Of a stretch of 64,000 nt of DNA, positions 12,116 through 22,257 are shown in pieces (position 1 is the first letter of the stretch; each line of letters begins with the position of its first letter). Under the pieces are notes generated by a model. That model was not told the origin of the DNA. It ran no database searches and worked only from the letters and a program-made list of their open reading frames with translations. The translations under genes were made by a program, and so were the position numbers. The DNA is taken from positions 391 through 64,390 of the forward strand of contig CALVYL010000001.1 in NCBI GenBank assembly GCA_944372215.1, read 5' to 3'. The stretch is from an uncultured Bacilli bacterium. Lineage in GTDB: Bacteria; Bacillota_I; Bacilli_A; RF39; UBA660.

Positions 12116-12589
12116 TCATTTAATTATAATTCCATCTTCTGTAAAACGATATACAGGAATATCGACATTGACAGTTTCTTCGATTTCTGGCGGTATATCT
12201 GCATCTTGATTTTCTGGCAATACATCTTCTTCTTTATGAGTTACACCTTCTAAGTCATCTAAATCTAACATTTCAATTGTTGGTATTATATTTTCAATAT
12301 TATCAAATACATTTTCATCTGGCGTTTTAATTTCTTCTTGTTTACCAGCTAGTTTTTGATTTAATTGCGTATATTCTGGTGTAACAAATCCTGTAGATAA
12401 TAATTCTTCAATATCATCATGATTAAAATAATATTTATTTTCACTTAAAGTACCGGTTGGATAAGCAATACCTTCATAATCAAATACTTTAATTTCATCA
12501 GTATATTTTGCTATTTTATAACCAACAATCATAACCATATTATCTTTAAATTTTACTACACTACCAATTGGCAAATATTTTTCATTCAT
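12116..12589 (-). CDS. DUF4176-like hypothetical protein
   Basis: N-terminal LPIGSVVKFKDNMVMIVGYK pattern, recalled from the DUF4176 family and not verified. Confidence 0.45.
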   Translation of the reverse strand: MNEKYLPIGSVVKFKDNMVMIVGYKIAKYTDEIKVFDYEGIAYPTGTLSENKYYFNHDDIEELLSTGFVTPEYTQLNQKLAGKQEEIKTPDENVFDNIENIIPTIEMLDLDDLEGVTHKEEDVLPENQDADIPPEIEETVNVDIPVYRFTEDGIIIK

Positions 12590-12661
12590 CTAAAATCACC
12601 CTTCCAATTCTTTACATTACAATTGTATCATTTAATAAATATAATTGTCAATTATTTGGCT

Positions 12662-14116
12662 TTAATTTATGCGAATTGGATCTGAAGAGGTTCCTGTACC
12701 TCCGGCATAGGTAACAGAAGATGTTAGGTAAAAAACAGGTCGGACTGTAGCATTGAGGCTGTAACCACCGTAGTGACACACGTCAAAGATACCGACAATA
12801 CCATTATTGCCCACACGAAATGCACTGCTAGCGCTACTCGAATCGCGGGAAATAGCCCATTCAACTAATCCCATGTACATCCAATTACTATTTACTGCAC
12901 TACTATAAGAACTCATATTTGTTGTCCAATAACTTGAACTTGCTGCAAAACCATAATCTGATACGTACATTAGGCCGATTTTTCCTGTCCATGTTGTTCC
13001 GGTACTTTCGTTATCATGCCATGTTGCTGCTGTTGCACTTGATGTGCTATAGCCATTGACATACCATGTTGCATCTGATATTTGATTCCGGTATGTTGCT
13101 CCTAAACTATTTAAAAATGTTGAGTTTAGATTTGTTGTTGTTAATGTGCTATTACTCCATGTATTTGTTCCACTTGGATTCCAGCAATATACACCTACTG
13201 TTGTTAAATCTTGATTACCTGGATAACCACCGCTATCATATATCCAGCTGTATGCTCCTCCTGTTCCTGTTTGGCTAGTTGTTGGATAATCTGCCAGGAT
13301 TAGTTTTACTTGGTTGCCAAATACTCCGATGATTCTATATAAGTTATCACTTGGGCAGGTTGATGATGTTGATCCAAAACATATATAGTTATTTACATCA
13401 TCACTTGCTCCAGCATATCTGTAGGAGTTGTCTCCTGCTCCATTAGCTAAACTGCTGTTGTGATAATATAGCCCATTTGAGCCTTGGCTGGTATATAAAT
13501 CTTTAATGTAATCAGCTAACAATACTGTATCATCAGTTTGAACGCTTAATGGATATACATTTGATTGTACGCCATTTGTATCTACTACATATACTCTTAT
13601 TTGATAAGTTTGTCCAGAATTTAAACCACTGAATGTATAAGTATTACTTGTTGTACTTATCGGTACTCCATCATTTATTATATAATAATAATTACTTATT
13701 TGATTAGTTCCATTAGTAGCACTAACAGTAATAGTTATACTATTATTTGTTACTTCTCCTAAATTAATACTATTAATCTGTGGTTTTGTATATAAATCAA
13801 AATACACATAACAGCCATCAGATTTATTAGAATATAGTATTACTTTATTATTTTCACTATCATAATCTAGTTCTCCACCATTTTGGCATGATGATAATTC
13901 ACTATTAAAAATATAACCTTCTCCTGGCCAAGTATTTGATGTACTTTCTTGATATGTGCCATCACTTTGTTCTAACATTAATGTTAGAAAGGAATTATTT
14001 ACTACTTCTTTTTTGCTATTTACTATTTCATTATTATTGTCACTACTAAATATGTATAAGACACTTGATATTATTAATACTATAATTGGTAAAGATAATA
14101 CTACTTTCTTTTTCAT
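12662..14116 (-). CDS. Signal-anchored surface protein, paralog B. It has Fn3-like repeats and a Cys/Trp/Tyr/Ser-rich C-terminal domain.
   Basis: 484 aa. N-terminal TM/signal. An Fn3-like repeat (ITITVSATNGTNQISNYYYIINDG...YTFSGLNSGQTYQIRVYVVDTNGVQS). A C-terminal domain of about 280 aa shared with paralog A (SDNLYRIIGVFGNQVKLI) and ending VRPVFYL. Confidence 0.75.
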   Translation of the reverse strand: MKKKVVLSLPIIVLIISSVLYIFSSDNNNEIVNSKKEVVNNSFLTLMLEQSDGTYQESTSNTWPGEGYIFNSELSSCQNGGELDYDSENNKVILYSNKSDGCYVYFDLYTKPQINSINLGEVTNNSITITVSATNGTNQISNYYYIINDGVPISTTSNTYTFSGLNSGQTYQIRVYVVDTNGVQSNVYPLSVQTDDTVLLADYIKDLYTSQGSNGLYYHNSSLANGAGDNSYRYAGASDDVNNYICFGSTSSTCPSDNLYRIIGVFGNQVKLILADYPTTSQTGTGGAYSWIYDSGGYPGNQDLTTVGVYCWNPSGTNTWSNSTLTTTNLNSTFLNSLGATYRNQISDATWYVNGYSTSSATAATWHDNESTGTTWTGKIGLMYVSDYGFAASSSYWTTNMSSYSSAVNSNWMYMGLVEWAISRDSSSASSAFRVGNNGIVGIFDVCHYGGYSLNATVRPVFYLTSSVTYAGGTGTSSDPIRIN

Positions 14117-14160
14117 TACATTTCCTTCCCTAGCTATATATTGTCTAGCTTAAATATATT

Positions 14161-14200
14161 TTACAACAGATGTGTTCATTAGTCAACACTTGTGTTGTAA
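14161..14200. promoter_or_regulatory. Dyad-symmetric operator-like elements overlapping the putative -35 of the XRE gene
   Basis: ttacaaca at 14161-68 pairs with tgttgtaa at 14193-200. An inner palindrome aacacttgtgtt lies at 14185-96. An extended -10 TGaTATAAA lies at 14203-11. Confidence 0.5.
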
Positions 14201-14230
14201 AAAATGATATAAAGAAGACGGTGAAAAAAT

Positions 14231-14470
14231 ATGTATTATACAGAAAGAATTCAATGGATAAGAGATTGTAGGAACGTTACCCAAAAAGAACTTGCAGATT
14301 ATTTAGGTATAAAACAGCAACAGTATGCTAGATATGAAAAAGGTATAAATGTTATGCCTATAACATATTTACCTAAAATTTGTGAATATTTAGATATATC
14401 AGCCGATTATATATTGGGATTAACCGATGAAGAACTAAATTGTCCCAAAAATAAAACTAGGAAAAATTAA
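14231..14470 (+). CDS. XRE-family HTH transcriptional regulator
   Basis: 79 aa. VTQKELADYLGIKQQQYARYEKGINVMP HTH. Divergent from Fn3 paralog B. Confidence 0.7.
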   Translation: MYYTERIQWIRDCRNVTQKELADYLGIKQQQYARYEKGINVMPITYLPKICEYLDISADYILGLTDEELNCPKNKTRKN

Positions 14471-14482
14471 TTAATCCTAGTT

Positions 14483-15640
14483 TTATAATGCTTTAATTTC
14501 TCTTTTAGTTTTATTAATTTTATTTTCGATATTGACTCTTTGAACTACAAAAAGCATTATTATAACATTAACAGTAAATGATCCTCCATAACTAAGTAGA
14601 GGTAATGGTACTCCCGTCAAAGGGATTAAGGCTAAAATACCTAATAAATTGACTAATATATGAATAGTTATAAACCAAAATGTTCCATAGGCTAAAACGG
14701 AACAACGGAGGTTTTCAGATTCTTTAGCAATTTTTAAAATACGATATAACATAAACATATAGCCGATGATTATCAATATTCCTACTATTAAACCGAGTTC
14801 TTCAACAATTATAGGAAAAATGAAATCAGTATGTGATTCGGGAAGGTATAAGTATTTTTGCGTAGAATTACCTAAACCTACTCCAAATAAACCACCATTA
14901 TTAATAGCTATAAAGCCATTACAAACTTGATAACCGCTGGATTCTGTATATCTACTACAGGGATTTTGAAAGTTTAATCTACCCACTTGCATATTATTTA
15001 AAAAATCTGCTCCTGAATAAAGAAATACGACAGCTCCGATTAGTAAACCAATAACGATAACCTTAATAAAACGAACCATTTGATTTTTAACTAAAGGAAT
15101 ACTAATAAATGTTAAAAAAACTATTCCTGCAACTATAACAGCACTACCAAAGTCCGGTTGTTTCATGATTAATCCTGCAATTAAGGCACCCATAGCTAAA
15201 GGAATTAAATATAAATACATATATTTAGTTTTTTTATAATGTAATTTATTATAAAATACAGCCGAAAAAATAATTAATATCGATTTGGCAAATTCACTAG
15301 GTTGTAAGCTAAAAAATCCTAAATCAAACCAGCTTTGAGCATTATTAGTAACCTCACCTTTTACTAAAACTAAAATAAGAGCTAAAATTATTAGTATTAA
15401 TAAAGGCCAAGCTAAAGGACCATAATTACGAGTTGGCAAACGAATTATTAATACAAAACCAACAAATAATGATACGGCCACAAATATGGCTTGTCTAATA
15501 AAAAAATGATATGGAGCATAGCCGTACCTAACAACACTAGATACGCTTGATGCACTATAAATCATTACTAAACCTAGGACAATAAAAACTAACATTATTA
15601 AAAGTAATGGGATATCCATTTTTGAAAATAATTTTCGCAT
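14483..15640 (-). CDS. SEDS-family peptidoglycan glycosyltransferase (FtsW/RodA)
   Basis: Ten-TM profile. C-terminal GLIPLTGVPLPLLSYGGSF signature. Confidence 0.9.
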   Translation of the reverse strand: MRKLFSKMDIPLLLIMLVFIVLGLVMIYSASSVSSVVRYGYAPYHFFIRQAIFVAVSLFVGFVLIIRLPTRNYGPLAWPLLILIILALILVLVKGEVTNNAQSWFDLGFFSLQPSEFAKSILIIFSAVFYNKLHYKKTKYMYLYLIPLAMGALIAGLIMKQPDFGSAVIVAGIVFLTFISIPLVKNQMVRFIKVIVIGLLIGAVVFLYSGADFLNNMQVGRLNFQNPCSRYTESSGYQVCNGFIAINNGGLFGVGLGNSTQKYLYLPESHTDFIFPIIVEELGLIVGILIIIGYMFMLYRILKIAKESENLRCSVLAYGTFWFITIHILVNLLGILALIPLTGVPLPLLSYGGSFTVNVIIMLFVVQRVNIENKINKTKREIKAL

Positions 15641-15774
15641 AATTTACTCTCCTATATATAATTTTAGCATATATTTTACTATTTTTAATATTTTTTATAA
15701 AATTTAGGTATTTTTAATGTCAAAAAAGAGTAATTAGTAATAAATTATAGTAGATACAAAAAGGAGGTATATAT

Positions 15775-15957
15775 ATGTATTACTATGGAAATAACGGTTA
15801 CTATGGTGGCGGCTATGGATATCAAAACCCTTGCTATGGTGGATATGCCGGATATACAAGCGGATATGGAATCGGTGGAGCAATATGGATTGTTTTATTC
15901 ATCTTATTAGTAATAATTTTAGGTGCCGGTTGGAGTTTTAATAATCATAATAACTAA
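15775..15957 (+). CDS. YjcZ-like tiny Gly/Tyr-rich transmembrane protein
   Basis: 60 aa. YYGNNGYYGGGYGYQNPCYGGYAGY followed by the TM AIWIVLFILLVIILGA. SD aaaggagg. The terminator at 15965-15988 follows. Confidence 0.6.
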   Translation: MYYYGNNGYYGGGYGYQNPCYGGYAGYTSGYGIGGAIWIVLFILLVIILGAGWSFNNHNN

Positions 15958-16043
15958 TAGATTAAAAAGCTGAAAAATCAGCTTTTTTAATTTTTTTTGC
16001 ATTTTTTATTAATATCTGCTAAAATATGTCTAGGTGATGGGAC

Positions 16044-16595
16044 GTGGAACTACCAAAAATTAAAATTTATGATGAAAAAGATAAAATATTACATCAAGTA
16101 AGTAAAGATGTAAGTTTTCCTGTTAGCAAGGAAGATCGCAAATTGGCTGCCGATACTATTAAATATTTAAAAATGAGTCAAGATGAAGAAATTGCTGAAA
16201 AGTATAATTTGCGAGCTGGTATGGGAATGGCTTTTGTCCAACTGGGCAAACTTAAAAGAATATTTGTGATAGCTAACGAAAGAGATGATGGGACATTTGA
16301 TGAATTTGTCATAATTAATCCGAAAATCATTAGCAGCAGCGAAGAGCTAATTTATGTTGGTGAAGGCGAAGGCTGTTTAAGTGTTAATCGACCAGTCGAA
16401 GGGATAGTCCCTAGACATGCAAGAGTAACTGTCGAATATTATGATTATGAAGGTAATAAAAAAAGTGTAAGAGTAAGAGAAGATTTAGCAGTTGCTTTCC
16501 AACACGAAATAGATCACTTGGATGGAATTTTATTTACCGATAAAATTGATCCGAAAAATCCTTATAAAAATAAAGATAAAATGCGAGAAATTTAA
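16044..16595 (+). CDS. def: Peptide deformylase
   Basis: GEGCLS and QHEIDHLDG motifs. GTG start with SD aggtga. Confidence 0.9.
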   Translation: MELPKIKIYDEKDKILHQVSKDVSFPVSKEDRKLAADTIKYLKMSQDEEIAEKYNLRAGMGMAFVQLGKLKRIFVIANERDDGTFDEFVIINPKIISSSEELIYVGEGEGCLSVNRPVEGIVPRHARVTVEYYDYEGNKKSVRVREDLAVAFQHEIDHLDGILFTDKIDPKNPYKNKDKMREI

Positions 16596-16638
16596 CAAGT
16601 GTTAAATTTTTTTTATTTAAAAAAAGTTAATTGGGTAA

Positions 16639-19569
16639 TTAACTTTCTAATTTGGCACTAACCACTTTACTTACACCAGATTCTTGCATGGTAATACCAT
16701 ATAACGAATCGGCATATTCCATCATTCTTTTTTTATGGGTAATAACAATAAATTGGGTACTTTTCTTTTCCTTTTCTAAATATTTACCAAACATATCGAC
16801 ATTTACCTCATCAAGGGCTGCTTCAGCTTCATCTAAAATAACAAATGGAGCGGGTTTTACTTTTAAAATAGCAAATAACAAACATATGGCTGTTAAAGCT
16901 TTTTCTCCTCCGCTTAGTAAAACTGGCGAATTAATTTTTTTGCCTGGGGGAATGGCAACAATTTCGATGCCTGTTTCTAAAAGGTCATCAGGATTGCTAA
17001 GTCTAAGTTCTCCATTACCACCTTTAAACATGGTTTTAAAAATACTGGCAAATTCTACTTTAATTTTAGCAAATGATTCTTTAAATTTATTAATCATTAT
17101 ATCATCCATTTCATGAATAATATCTTTTAATTCACTACTAGATTTTTCTAAATCATCTTTTTGATTAGTTAAAAATTCATATCTAGTATTTAATCTTTCA
17201 TATTCTTTGATAGAACCAATATTAACATCACCTAATTTAGATAATTCTTTTTTTAAAGAACTAACTTTTTCCCTAGCGATATCAGTTTCAATATCTAAAG
17301 CATAATTTAGACTAGCATATTCATAAGTTAAATTATATTCATCATTTAAAGATGCTAGCAAATTATCTAATTTAACCTCTAATTTGCCCATAGTAATTTC
17401 ATTGTTTTTAAGTTCATTATTTACTAAATTATAATTACTATTAGCTTCTCTTTGTTTATGTTCTAAATCATTAATTTCATCAACAACTGTACTTTTGGTT
17501 GCATTTAATCTTTTTATTTCACTTGCTAATATTTCTTTATTTTTATTAGCTTCGGTTATATCTTCTAATAATTTTACCAGATGTTTATCTAATTTATTAG
17601 ATTTTAAATCATTTAAACCATTAAGTTCACTACTAATACTTTTATATTGTTCACTATTTCTACTTAAAGAGGTTTTTTTATTGAATAATTCATCATTCAA
17701 AAGAATAACATATTTATTTATAACATTTTCTTTTTCTTCTAAATCTTTTAATTCTTCATCAAAATTATTCAGTTCATCATTTAATGATTCACTATTTATT
17801 TTCAAAATATTATATTCCTCTTTGATCTTATTTAATTCATTTTTTTCGTTTAACATACTATTTTTTTTGCTAGTACCTCCGGCGATTACTCCACCAGGAT
17901 AGCTTATTTCCCCATCAAGAGAAACAATTTTATATTTGTGATCTATAAGTTTACCAATAACACTTAGGGTTCTAGCATTATCTACTACTATAACTTGTCC
18001 TAGTTCGCGATCAATAACATTTTTATATTGATAGTCATATTCTACTAGATCAGATAAAATACCAATAAAGCCATGAATATTTCTAATGTTATCGATTGTT
18101 TCTGTATTAATATAAAGAGGTTTTATGATATTTAATGGATAAAAGGTCGCTCTACCTAGTTTTTGGCTTTTCAAATAATCAATTGCGGCAATAGCAGATT
18201 CTTCATTATCAACAACTAGATAATTAGCCGCTCCACCAAGGGCTATATCTAGGGATATTACATATTTATCCGGAACATCAATTAGTTTACCAATAGTATT
18301 ATGAATTCCTTTAAGGCGCGGATTATTTAAAATATTACGAACCGCAAGAGGAGTATTTTCATAATTATTAATATTATTTTCTAAAATGGTTATTTTATTT
18401 TCCCACAAATATATTTTTTTAGTTTCTTCCATCAATTTATTATATACTGTGCTTCTTTTAACTTTTTTTACTAACAATTGATTTTTGACATCTTCTAATT
18501 TCTCTTTTTCACTATTAATATTACTTTCAATATCAGCAATTTCTTTTTTTAAAACAGCGATACTTTTTTCTAAATCTAATTGTTGCTCTTTTAATGTAAA
18601 TAAATTATTATCTATAGCCTTTTTATCTATTTCATATTTTTGTCTTTCAATAGTTATTTTCTTTTCGCTTTCTAATTCATTTATTTTGTTTTGTAACTCG
18701 GATAATTCATCACGTAAGTTGTTTGTTTTTTCTTCTAAATTGATATTTTCTAATTTTAATTTATCTAATTGAGAATTGGTTTCAGCAATACTTAGAGTAC
18801 TTAATTTTTCTCTTAATATTTCTGTACTACTTTTTAATTTTTGATATTCGGTATTTATTTGAGATATATCATTAACCATTAAAGCAATGTCAATATTTTC
18901 TAGTTCACCTTTGATATCTAAATACTTTTTGGCAACTTTGCTTTGTTCTTCTAAAGGTTTTACGGTTTTACTAAGTTCATTAATAACTAAATCTAATCTG
19001 GTTAAATTTTCTTCAGTTTTTTCTAGTTTTCTTAAACTTTCTTCTTTTCTTTTTTTGTATTTTAAAACCCCAGCAGCACTTTCAAAAATTACCCTACGAT
19101 CACTAGCTTTGCCATTAACAATATCTGTAACATTTCCTTGCGAAATTATATTAAAGGCCCCACTACCTGCTCCACTATCAATAAATAAATCATTAATATC
19201 TTTAAGACGAACCCTTGAATTATTGATGTAATATTCATTTTCCCCAGTTTTATATACTACTCTTTTAATTTCAATTTCTGTAAATTCACTATTAAGAGTA
19301 TGATCAGTATTATCAAAAGTTAAAGCTACCATAGCTCTTTTTTGAGCTTCTCTGGAGGCACTACCATTAAATATAACATCACTCATAGAACTAGAGCCCC
19401 GAAGCGATTTTACCGATTGTTCTCCTAAAACCCAACGAACAGCATCAACTATATTACTTTTACCACTACCATTAGGCCCTACTATCCCTGTTATACCGGG
19501 ATTTATTTCTAAATCTAGTTTATCCGCAAAGGATTTGAAGCCCTGAGCTTTAATACTTTTTAAAAACAT
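16639..19569 (-). CDS. smc: Chromosome segregation protein SMC
   Basis: Walker A GPNGSGKSN. Long coiled coils. Hinge. C-terminal LSGGEKALTAICLLFAI with the D-loop. The start was moved to MFLKSIKAQGFKSFAD at 19569, with SD aggtga. Confidence 0.9.
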   Translation of the reverse strand: MFLKSIKAQGFKSFADKLDLEINPGITGIVGPNGSGKSNIVDAVRWVLGEQSVKSLRGSSSMSDVIFNGSASREAQKRAMVALTFDNTDHTLNSEFTEIEIKRVVYKTGENEYYINNSRVRLKDINDLFIDSGAGSGAFNIISQGNVTDIVNGKASDRRVIFESAAGVLKYKKRKEESLRKLEKTEENLTRLDLVINELSKTVKPLEEQSKVAKKYLDIKGELENIDIALMVNDISQINTEYQKLKSSTEILREKLSTLSIAETNSQLDKLKLENINLEEKTNNLRDELSELQNKINELESEKKITIERQKYEIDKKAIDNNLFTLKEQQLDLEKSIAVLKKEIADIESNINSEKEKLEDVKNQLLVKKVKRSTVYNKLMEETKKIYLWENKITILENNINNYENTPLAVRNILNNPRLKGIHNTIGKLIDVPDKYVISLDIALGGAANYLVVDNEESAIAAIDYLKSQKLGRATFYPLNIIKPLYINTETIDNIRNIHGFIGILSDLVEYDYQYKNVIDRELGQVIVVDNARTLSVIGKLIDHKYKIVSLDGEISYPGGVIAGGTSKKNSMLNEKNELNKIKEEYNILKINSESLNDELNNFDEELKDLEEKENVINKYVILLNDELFNKKTSLSRNSEQYKSISSELNGLNDLKSNKLDKHLVKLLEDITEANKNKEILASEIKRLNATKSTVVDEINDLEHKQREANSNYNLVNNELKNNEITMGKLEVKLDNLLASLNDEYNLTYEYASLNYALDIETDIAREKVSSLKKELSKLGDVNIGSIKEYERLNTRYEFLTNQKDDLEKSSSELKDIIHEMDDIMINKFKESFAKIKVEFASIFKTMFKGGNGELRLSNPDDLLETGIEIVAIPPGKKINSPVLLSGGEKALTAICLLFAILKVKPAPFVILDEAEAALDEVNVDMFGKYLEKEKKSTQFIVITHKKRMMEYADSLYGITMQESGVSKVVSAKLES

Positions 19570-19573
19570 AATA

Positions 19574-20224
19574 TCACCTGTAGCTTTTATTATAAGCATC
19601 TAAGGCCGCCAATTGTTCAGCTTCCTTCTTGCTACTACCCTTTCCTTTTCCATATACTATATTATCAATTTTGACAACAACCTCAAAAACTTTTTTATGA
19701 TTTATTTCATATTCTTTTACTACATCATAATTTAATGATTTTTTGCCGGTTTGAACTAATTCTTGTAATTTTGTTTTATAATCCACATTAAAATCAATTT
19801 GTTTATTTATGTACGGAACAATAATAGCATCAATATATTTCTTAGCCACTAAAAAACCTTGATCTAAATATATAGCTCCCACTACAGCCTCAAAAACATC
19901 AGCAATAATAGTATCATTTAAATTATGCATTTGCCCATGGCCAAGCCTTATATATTTATCTATTCCAATAGCTTTAGCATATGTAGCTAAAGCTTTTTCA
20001 CAAACATAACTAGCTCTTAACTTAGTCATTTTTCCTTCTTTATAATCGGTATGCAAATAAAAATATTCACTAGTTACCAACTCTAAGACTGCATCACCTA
20101 AATATTCTAAACGTTCATAATTTGTACAGTCTTTATGTTCGTTAGAATAACTACTATGTGTAAGAGCTGACTGTAATAGTTCCTTATTTTTAAAACTGAT
20201 ATTAAATTTTTTTAGAAATTCCAT
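19574..20224 (-). CDS. rnc: Ribonuclease III
   Basis: ERLEYLGDAVLELV signature with a dsRBD C-terminus. Confidence 0.92.
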   Translation of the reverse strand: MEFLKKFNISFKNKELLQSALTHSSYSNEHKDCTNYERLEYLGDAVLELVTSEYFYLHTDYKEGKMTKLRASYVCEKALATYAKAIGIDKYIRLGHGQMHNLNDTIIADVFEAVVGAIYLDQGFLVAKKYIDAIIVPYINKQIDFNVDYKTKLQELVQTGKKSLNYDVVKEYEINHKKVFEVVVKIDNIVYGKGKGSSKKEAEQLAALDAYNKSYR

Positions 20225-20334
20225 TATATCAAATCCAATCTTTAATAATTATAACAAATTTTTGATGTTTTGGGTAGTCTACTATATAAAACAATTTACA
20301 AAATTACAAATTTATAGTAAAATTTTAATTGGTG

Positions 20335-20565
20335 ATGAGTTTGAAAAAAGTATGTATTTATTTAATTCGGGCTTATCAGGTTACTCCCTTTCATGGTCAT
20401 TCAATGTGTCGTTTTACACCAACTTGCAGTGAGTATATGATTGAAGCCATAGAAAAGTTTGGAGTCACAAAAGGAATAAAATTAGGGATTAAAAGAATAT
20501 TAAAATGCCATCCTAAAGGTGGATATGGTTATGATCCTGTAAGGAGTGAAAGTAAAAATAAATGA
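20335..20565 (+). CDS. yidD: Membrane protein insertion efficiency factor YidD
   Basis: [29 protein letters not shown]. The start codon is uncertain (TTG, GTG and ATG are clustered). Confidence 0.8.
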   Translation: MSLKKVCIYLIRAYQVTPFHGHSMCRFTPTCSEYMIEAIEKFGVTKGIKLGIKRILKCHPKGGYGYDPVRSESKNK

Positions 20566-21425
20566 AAATTTTAACCAAAATTATTTGTGCTAGTTTAGCG
20601 GGAATTTTACTAACTGGCTGTAGTTTAACTAAGGATAGTTTGGAAGACGCAACAATTTATACAACAATTTATCCAATTGAATATTTAGCAGAAGCGTTAT
20701 ATAGCGATTATGCAACAATTGAATCAATTTATCCAAGTGGTGCAGATGTCAACAATTATGAATTAACCGAAAGACAAATTAGAAACTATGCTAAAAGTGA
20801 TTTATTTATATATAATGGTTTAGGTACGGAAAAAAATATCGCTAAAGATTTAATTAATCAAAATGATAATTTATTAATTATTGATGTATCGAATGGTTTA
20901 AATTACACTTATGGCATGGAAGAGTTGTGGATGAGTCCCAATAATTATTTGATGCTTGCTAAGAATATTCGGGATTATTTGACCGAATACTTACAAAGCA
21001 AAACAATTATTGACTATGTAGATGCACAATACGCTACTCTATCCGAAAATTTATCTTTAAAAGATGCAGATCTTCGCGCAATTGGTAAAGAAGCAGATAG
21101 TAAGGGTAACAATACTTTAGTAGTAAGTGATAATGTATTCCAATTTTTAGAAAACTATGGATTTGAAATAGTGTCATTAGATGAAGAAACATTAACGGAA
21201 AGTTCACTCAATAATATTCGGGATGCGTTTGATGATGGAACTTATAATACAATCTTTGTTTTAGACAATAACTATACTGAAAATATTAATAGTATAATTG
21301 AAGACTTTGAAGCTAATACTATAGATGTCTCTTCAATGACTACTGAAGATAGTGAAAATAGTGATTGTTTAAATAACATGCAATTATTTATTGATAATAT
21401 TAGAAACTTAACGCTTGCTGATTGA
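20562..21425 (+). CDS. Lipoprotein, probable metal ABC-transporter substrate-binding protein (ZnuA/TroA-like)
   Basis: Lipobox [21 protein letters not shown]...[20 protein letters not shown] resembles cluster A-I SBPs. Confidence 0.55.
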   Translation: MKILTKIICASLAGILLTGCSLTKDSLEDATIYTTIYPIEYLAEALYSDYATIESIYPSGADVNNYELTERQIRNYAKSDLFIYNGLGTEKNIAKDLINQNDNLLIIDVSNGLNYTYGMEELWMSPNNYLMLAKNIRDYLTEYLQSKTIIDYVDAQYATLSENLSLKDADLRAIGKEADSKGNNTLVVSDNVFQFLENYGFEIVSLDEETLTESSLNNIRDAFDDGTYNTIFVLDNNYTENINSIIEDFEANTIDVSSMTTEDSENSDCLNNMQLFIDNIRNLTLAD

Positions 21426-21450
21426 CAACTAACTACTTTTATATTAAAAT
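21422..21450 (+). promoter_or_regulatory. Promoter TTGACA-17-TAAAAT for tRNA-Ser
   Basis: ttgaca at 21422-27 and taaaat at 21445-50. Confidence 0.6.
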
Positions 21451-21464
21451 ATAGGAGTAGCACT

Positions 21465-21555
21465 GGAGCAGTACTCAAGAGGCTGAAGAGGCGCCCCTGC
21501 TAAGGGTGTAGATCGGGAAACTGGTGCGAGAGTTCAAATCTCTCCTGCTCCGCCA
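21465..21555 (+). tRNA. tRNA-Ser (GCU), class II with a long variable arm
   Basis: Acceptor GGAGCAG/CTGCTCC. Anticodon loop CTGCTAA. T-loop GTTCAAATC. CCA encoded. A terminator hairpin follows at 21566-21590. Confidence 0.85.
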
Positions 21556-21587
21556 TAAAAAAATTAATCTCTATTACAGAGATTTTT

Positions 21588-21845
21588 TTAATTGTTTTCT
21601 ATTAAGTTATAAAAATCTTTTAATATTATATTATCTAAATTTTGTATTATTTCTTCCGTTGGTATTTCTTCTCTTTCTTCATACTTATCTAATCTTCTTC
21701 GGTAATTAGCTAGTTCATCCATATCGGCATATAATTTACATCTATTGACTATCATTTTTATTTCTAAATCATTCTCCGGAACATTATCAAATTCAAATAT
21801 TGTTTTGCCAATAGTAACATATTTTTCATCATTATCTATATACAT
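21588..21845 (-). CDS. Hypothetical small acidic protein (85 aa)
   Basis: ORF only. Confidence 0.35.
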   Translation of the reverse strand: MYIDNDEKYVTIGKTIFEFDNVPENDLEIKMIVNRCKLYADMDELANYRRRLDKYEEREEIPTEEIIQNLDNIILKDFYNLIENN

Positions 21846-21926
21846 AGCTAGTCACCTCACTTTAGCTAACTAAATTATACTATGTAATATTACCTAATGT
21901 CAACAACAAATATAATAAAACATATA

Positions 21927-21956
21927 AAATAAAAAGTCCGAATGTTCGGACTTTAA
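21927..21956 (-). terminator. Intrinsic terminator downstream of the minus-strand tRNA-Ile/tRNA-Glu pair
   Basis: aagtccgaa-tg-ttcggactt hairpin, followed on the minus strand by TTTTTATTTTAT. Confidence 0.7.
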
Positions 21957-21964
21957 TTTTACAT

Positions 21965-22041
21965 TGGTGACCCGTACGGGATTTGAACCCATGAATGCAT
22001 GCGTGAAAGGCATGTGTGTTAAACCACTTCACCAACGGGCC
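21965..22041 (-). tRNA. tRNA-Glu (UUC)
   Basis: The minus-strand read starts GGCCCGTTGGTGAAG. Anticodon loop CTTTCAC. T-loop GGTTCAAATCC. Ends GGGTCACCA. It closely matches the canonical Bacillus tRNA-Glu. Confidence 0.85.
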
Positions 22042-22045
22042 ATAA

Positions 22046-22122
<77 letters not shown>

Positions 22123-22257
22123 ATTGGAAACCTATTTAATTTTATAATATTTATTAGGTTTTTGCAATAGTTTTTTAAAACTTTTTTTCGAAAAACACAT
22201 TGATTTCAATCAATGTATTTAGATTATACAATAAATTTAGATTAATGTAAAGTGATT

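Noticed and set aside
16652-17116. 154-aa plus-strand ORF, and other plus-strand ORFs (17495-17902, 18485-18772, 18887-19231) inside smc
   Set aside because: Shadow ORFs of AT-rich coiled-coil coding sequence on the opposite strand.
20329-20334. Longer TTG/GTG-initiated N-terminal extension of yidD
   Set aside because: The YidD family begins close to the ATG at 20335. The extension adds only MV.
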